A stretch of 32,416 bases of DNA, from the NCBI RefSeq assembly GCF_001194135.2, contig NC_068982.1, forward strand, positions 58,315,511 to 58,347,926, given 5' to 3'. Numbering within the stretch: the stretch's first letter is position 1; each line of letters begins with the position of its first letter. The DNA comes from Octopus bimaculoides. Lineage: Eukaryota. The position numbers and the translations under genes are program-made. Of the stretch, positions 31,666 through 32,416 are shown piece by piece. The notes below the pieces were generated by a model that had not been told where the DNA came from, did no database searches, and saw only the letters and a program-made list of their open reading frames with translations.

Positions 31666-31892
31666 ATCTATGTCAACCAAGCAGGAAGCCAGACACATCA
31701 GACATCAAAGGCTACGAGAATGGAATGTAAACAAACTGAAGTATGTAAAGGAGTTGTTTTAACTGCTCCTCTCAGTGCTGGCCATCAAAGTCACAATGAC
31801 ATGACAATATAAGGCAAACCTCTTCGAAAGAAGGTCACAGTGACATGATAATGTGAGGTATATGTCCTGAGTGATAAGGTCTTCATGACATG

Positions 31893-32080
31893 CAGTGATT
31901 TTCAGCTGGGGGTCCAAATAGCCCCTGACGGCCCATATAAGACTTTTGGTAGTCCATGCAACACAATACTAAATTGGGGATCCACTATAGTATTTTAAGG
32001 GACCCTGAAAAAATTTTGCCTTAGATATATGTGCTGGTATGTATTGCATGAAAAAAGTCCCGTTTCTTTCTTTAACATTT
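31893..32080 (+). mobile_element. Possible hAT(Charlie)-like non-autonomous element end
   Basis: Begins CAGTGATTTTCAGCTGGGGGTCC, resembling CAGTGGTTCTCAACCTGGGGTC termini. The other end is not seen; a D SINE follows. Confidence 0.4.
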
Positions 32081-32084
32081 TACA

Positions 32085-32416
32085 TACTCTTTTACTGTTT
32101 TACCTGTTTCAGTCATTTGACTGTGGCCATGCTGGAGCACCACCTTAAGTCGAGCAAATCGACCCCAGGACTTATTCTTTGTAAGCCTAGTACTTATTCT
32201 ATTGGTCTCTTTTGCTGAACCGCTAAGTTATAGGGATATAAACACACTAGCATTGGTTGTCAAGTGATGCTTGGGGGGACAAACACAGACACACAAACAT
32301 GCACACACACATACATATATATATATATGTATACGACGGGCTTCTTTCAGTTTCCATCTACCAGATCCACTCGCAAGGCTTTGGTTGGCCCGAGGCTATA
32401 GTAGAAGATACTTGCC
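32085..32416 (-). mobile_element. SINE family D, fairly young, cut by window end
   Basis: Reverse complement of the D body and tail with an internal CA/TA run. Confidence 0.9.

Noticed and set aside
31196-31812. Thr- and Gly-rich ORFs
   Set aside because: GGT/GAT microsatellite artefacts.

Overview
AT-rich eukaryotic genomic DNA with three assembly gaps (3209-3391, 18674-18883, 30202-30568). The repeat families match my recollection of the octopus (coleoid cephalopod) genome; this assignment is not verified by a search. I can support no intact host protein-coding gene, rRNA, real tRNA gene or CRISPR array, and nearly all ORF-track entries are microsatellite translations. The window is probably intronic or intergenic and is dominated by mobile DNA. 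tRNA-headed SINEs: about 11 copies of 'family D' (internal TA/TG microsatellite), about 9 of 'family A', and single copies of 'F' and 'G'. The family letters are my own labels and may correspond to described octopus SINEs such as OK/OR1/OR2/Twhin, which I cannot assign. Other elements: 3' ends of two R4/Dong-type LINEs, RTE-clade remnants, two decayed mariner transposases, Penelope-like (PLE) remnants, a Tigger/pogo-like MITE in two copies, and a hairpin-ended non-autonomous DNA element. The most notable observations are: (i) three degenerate hammerhead-ribozyme-like motifs, one inside a 360-bp tandem unit; (ii) two (AAT)n 'landing pad' clusters and a SINE subfamily whose 3' tail co-varies with its target site; (iii) a ~1.3 kb nested palindrome at 29560-30892; (iv) a 47-bp inverted repeat enclosing 1.05 kb; (v) a repeat-free candidate regulatory island near 8.6-9.3 kb. 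None of these is established as a novel system.
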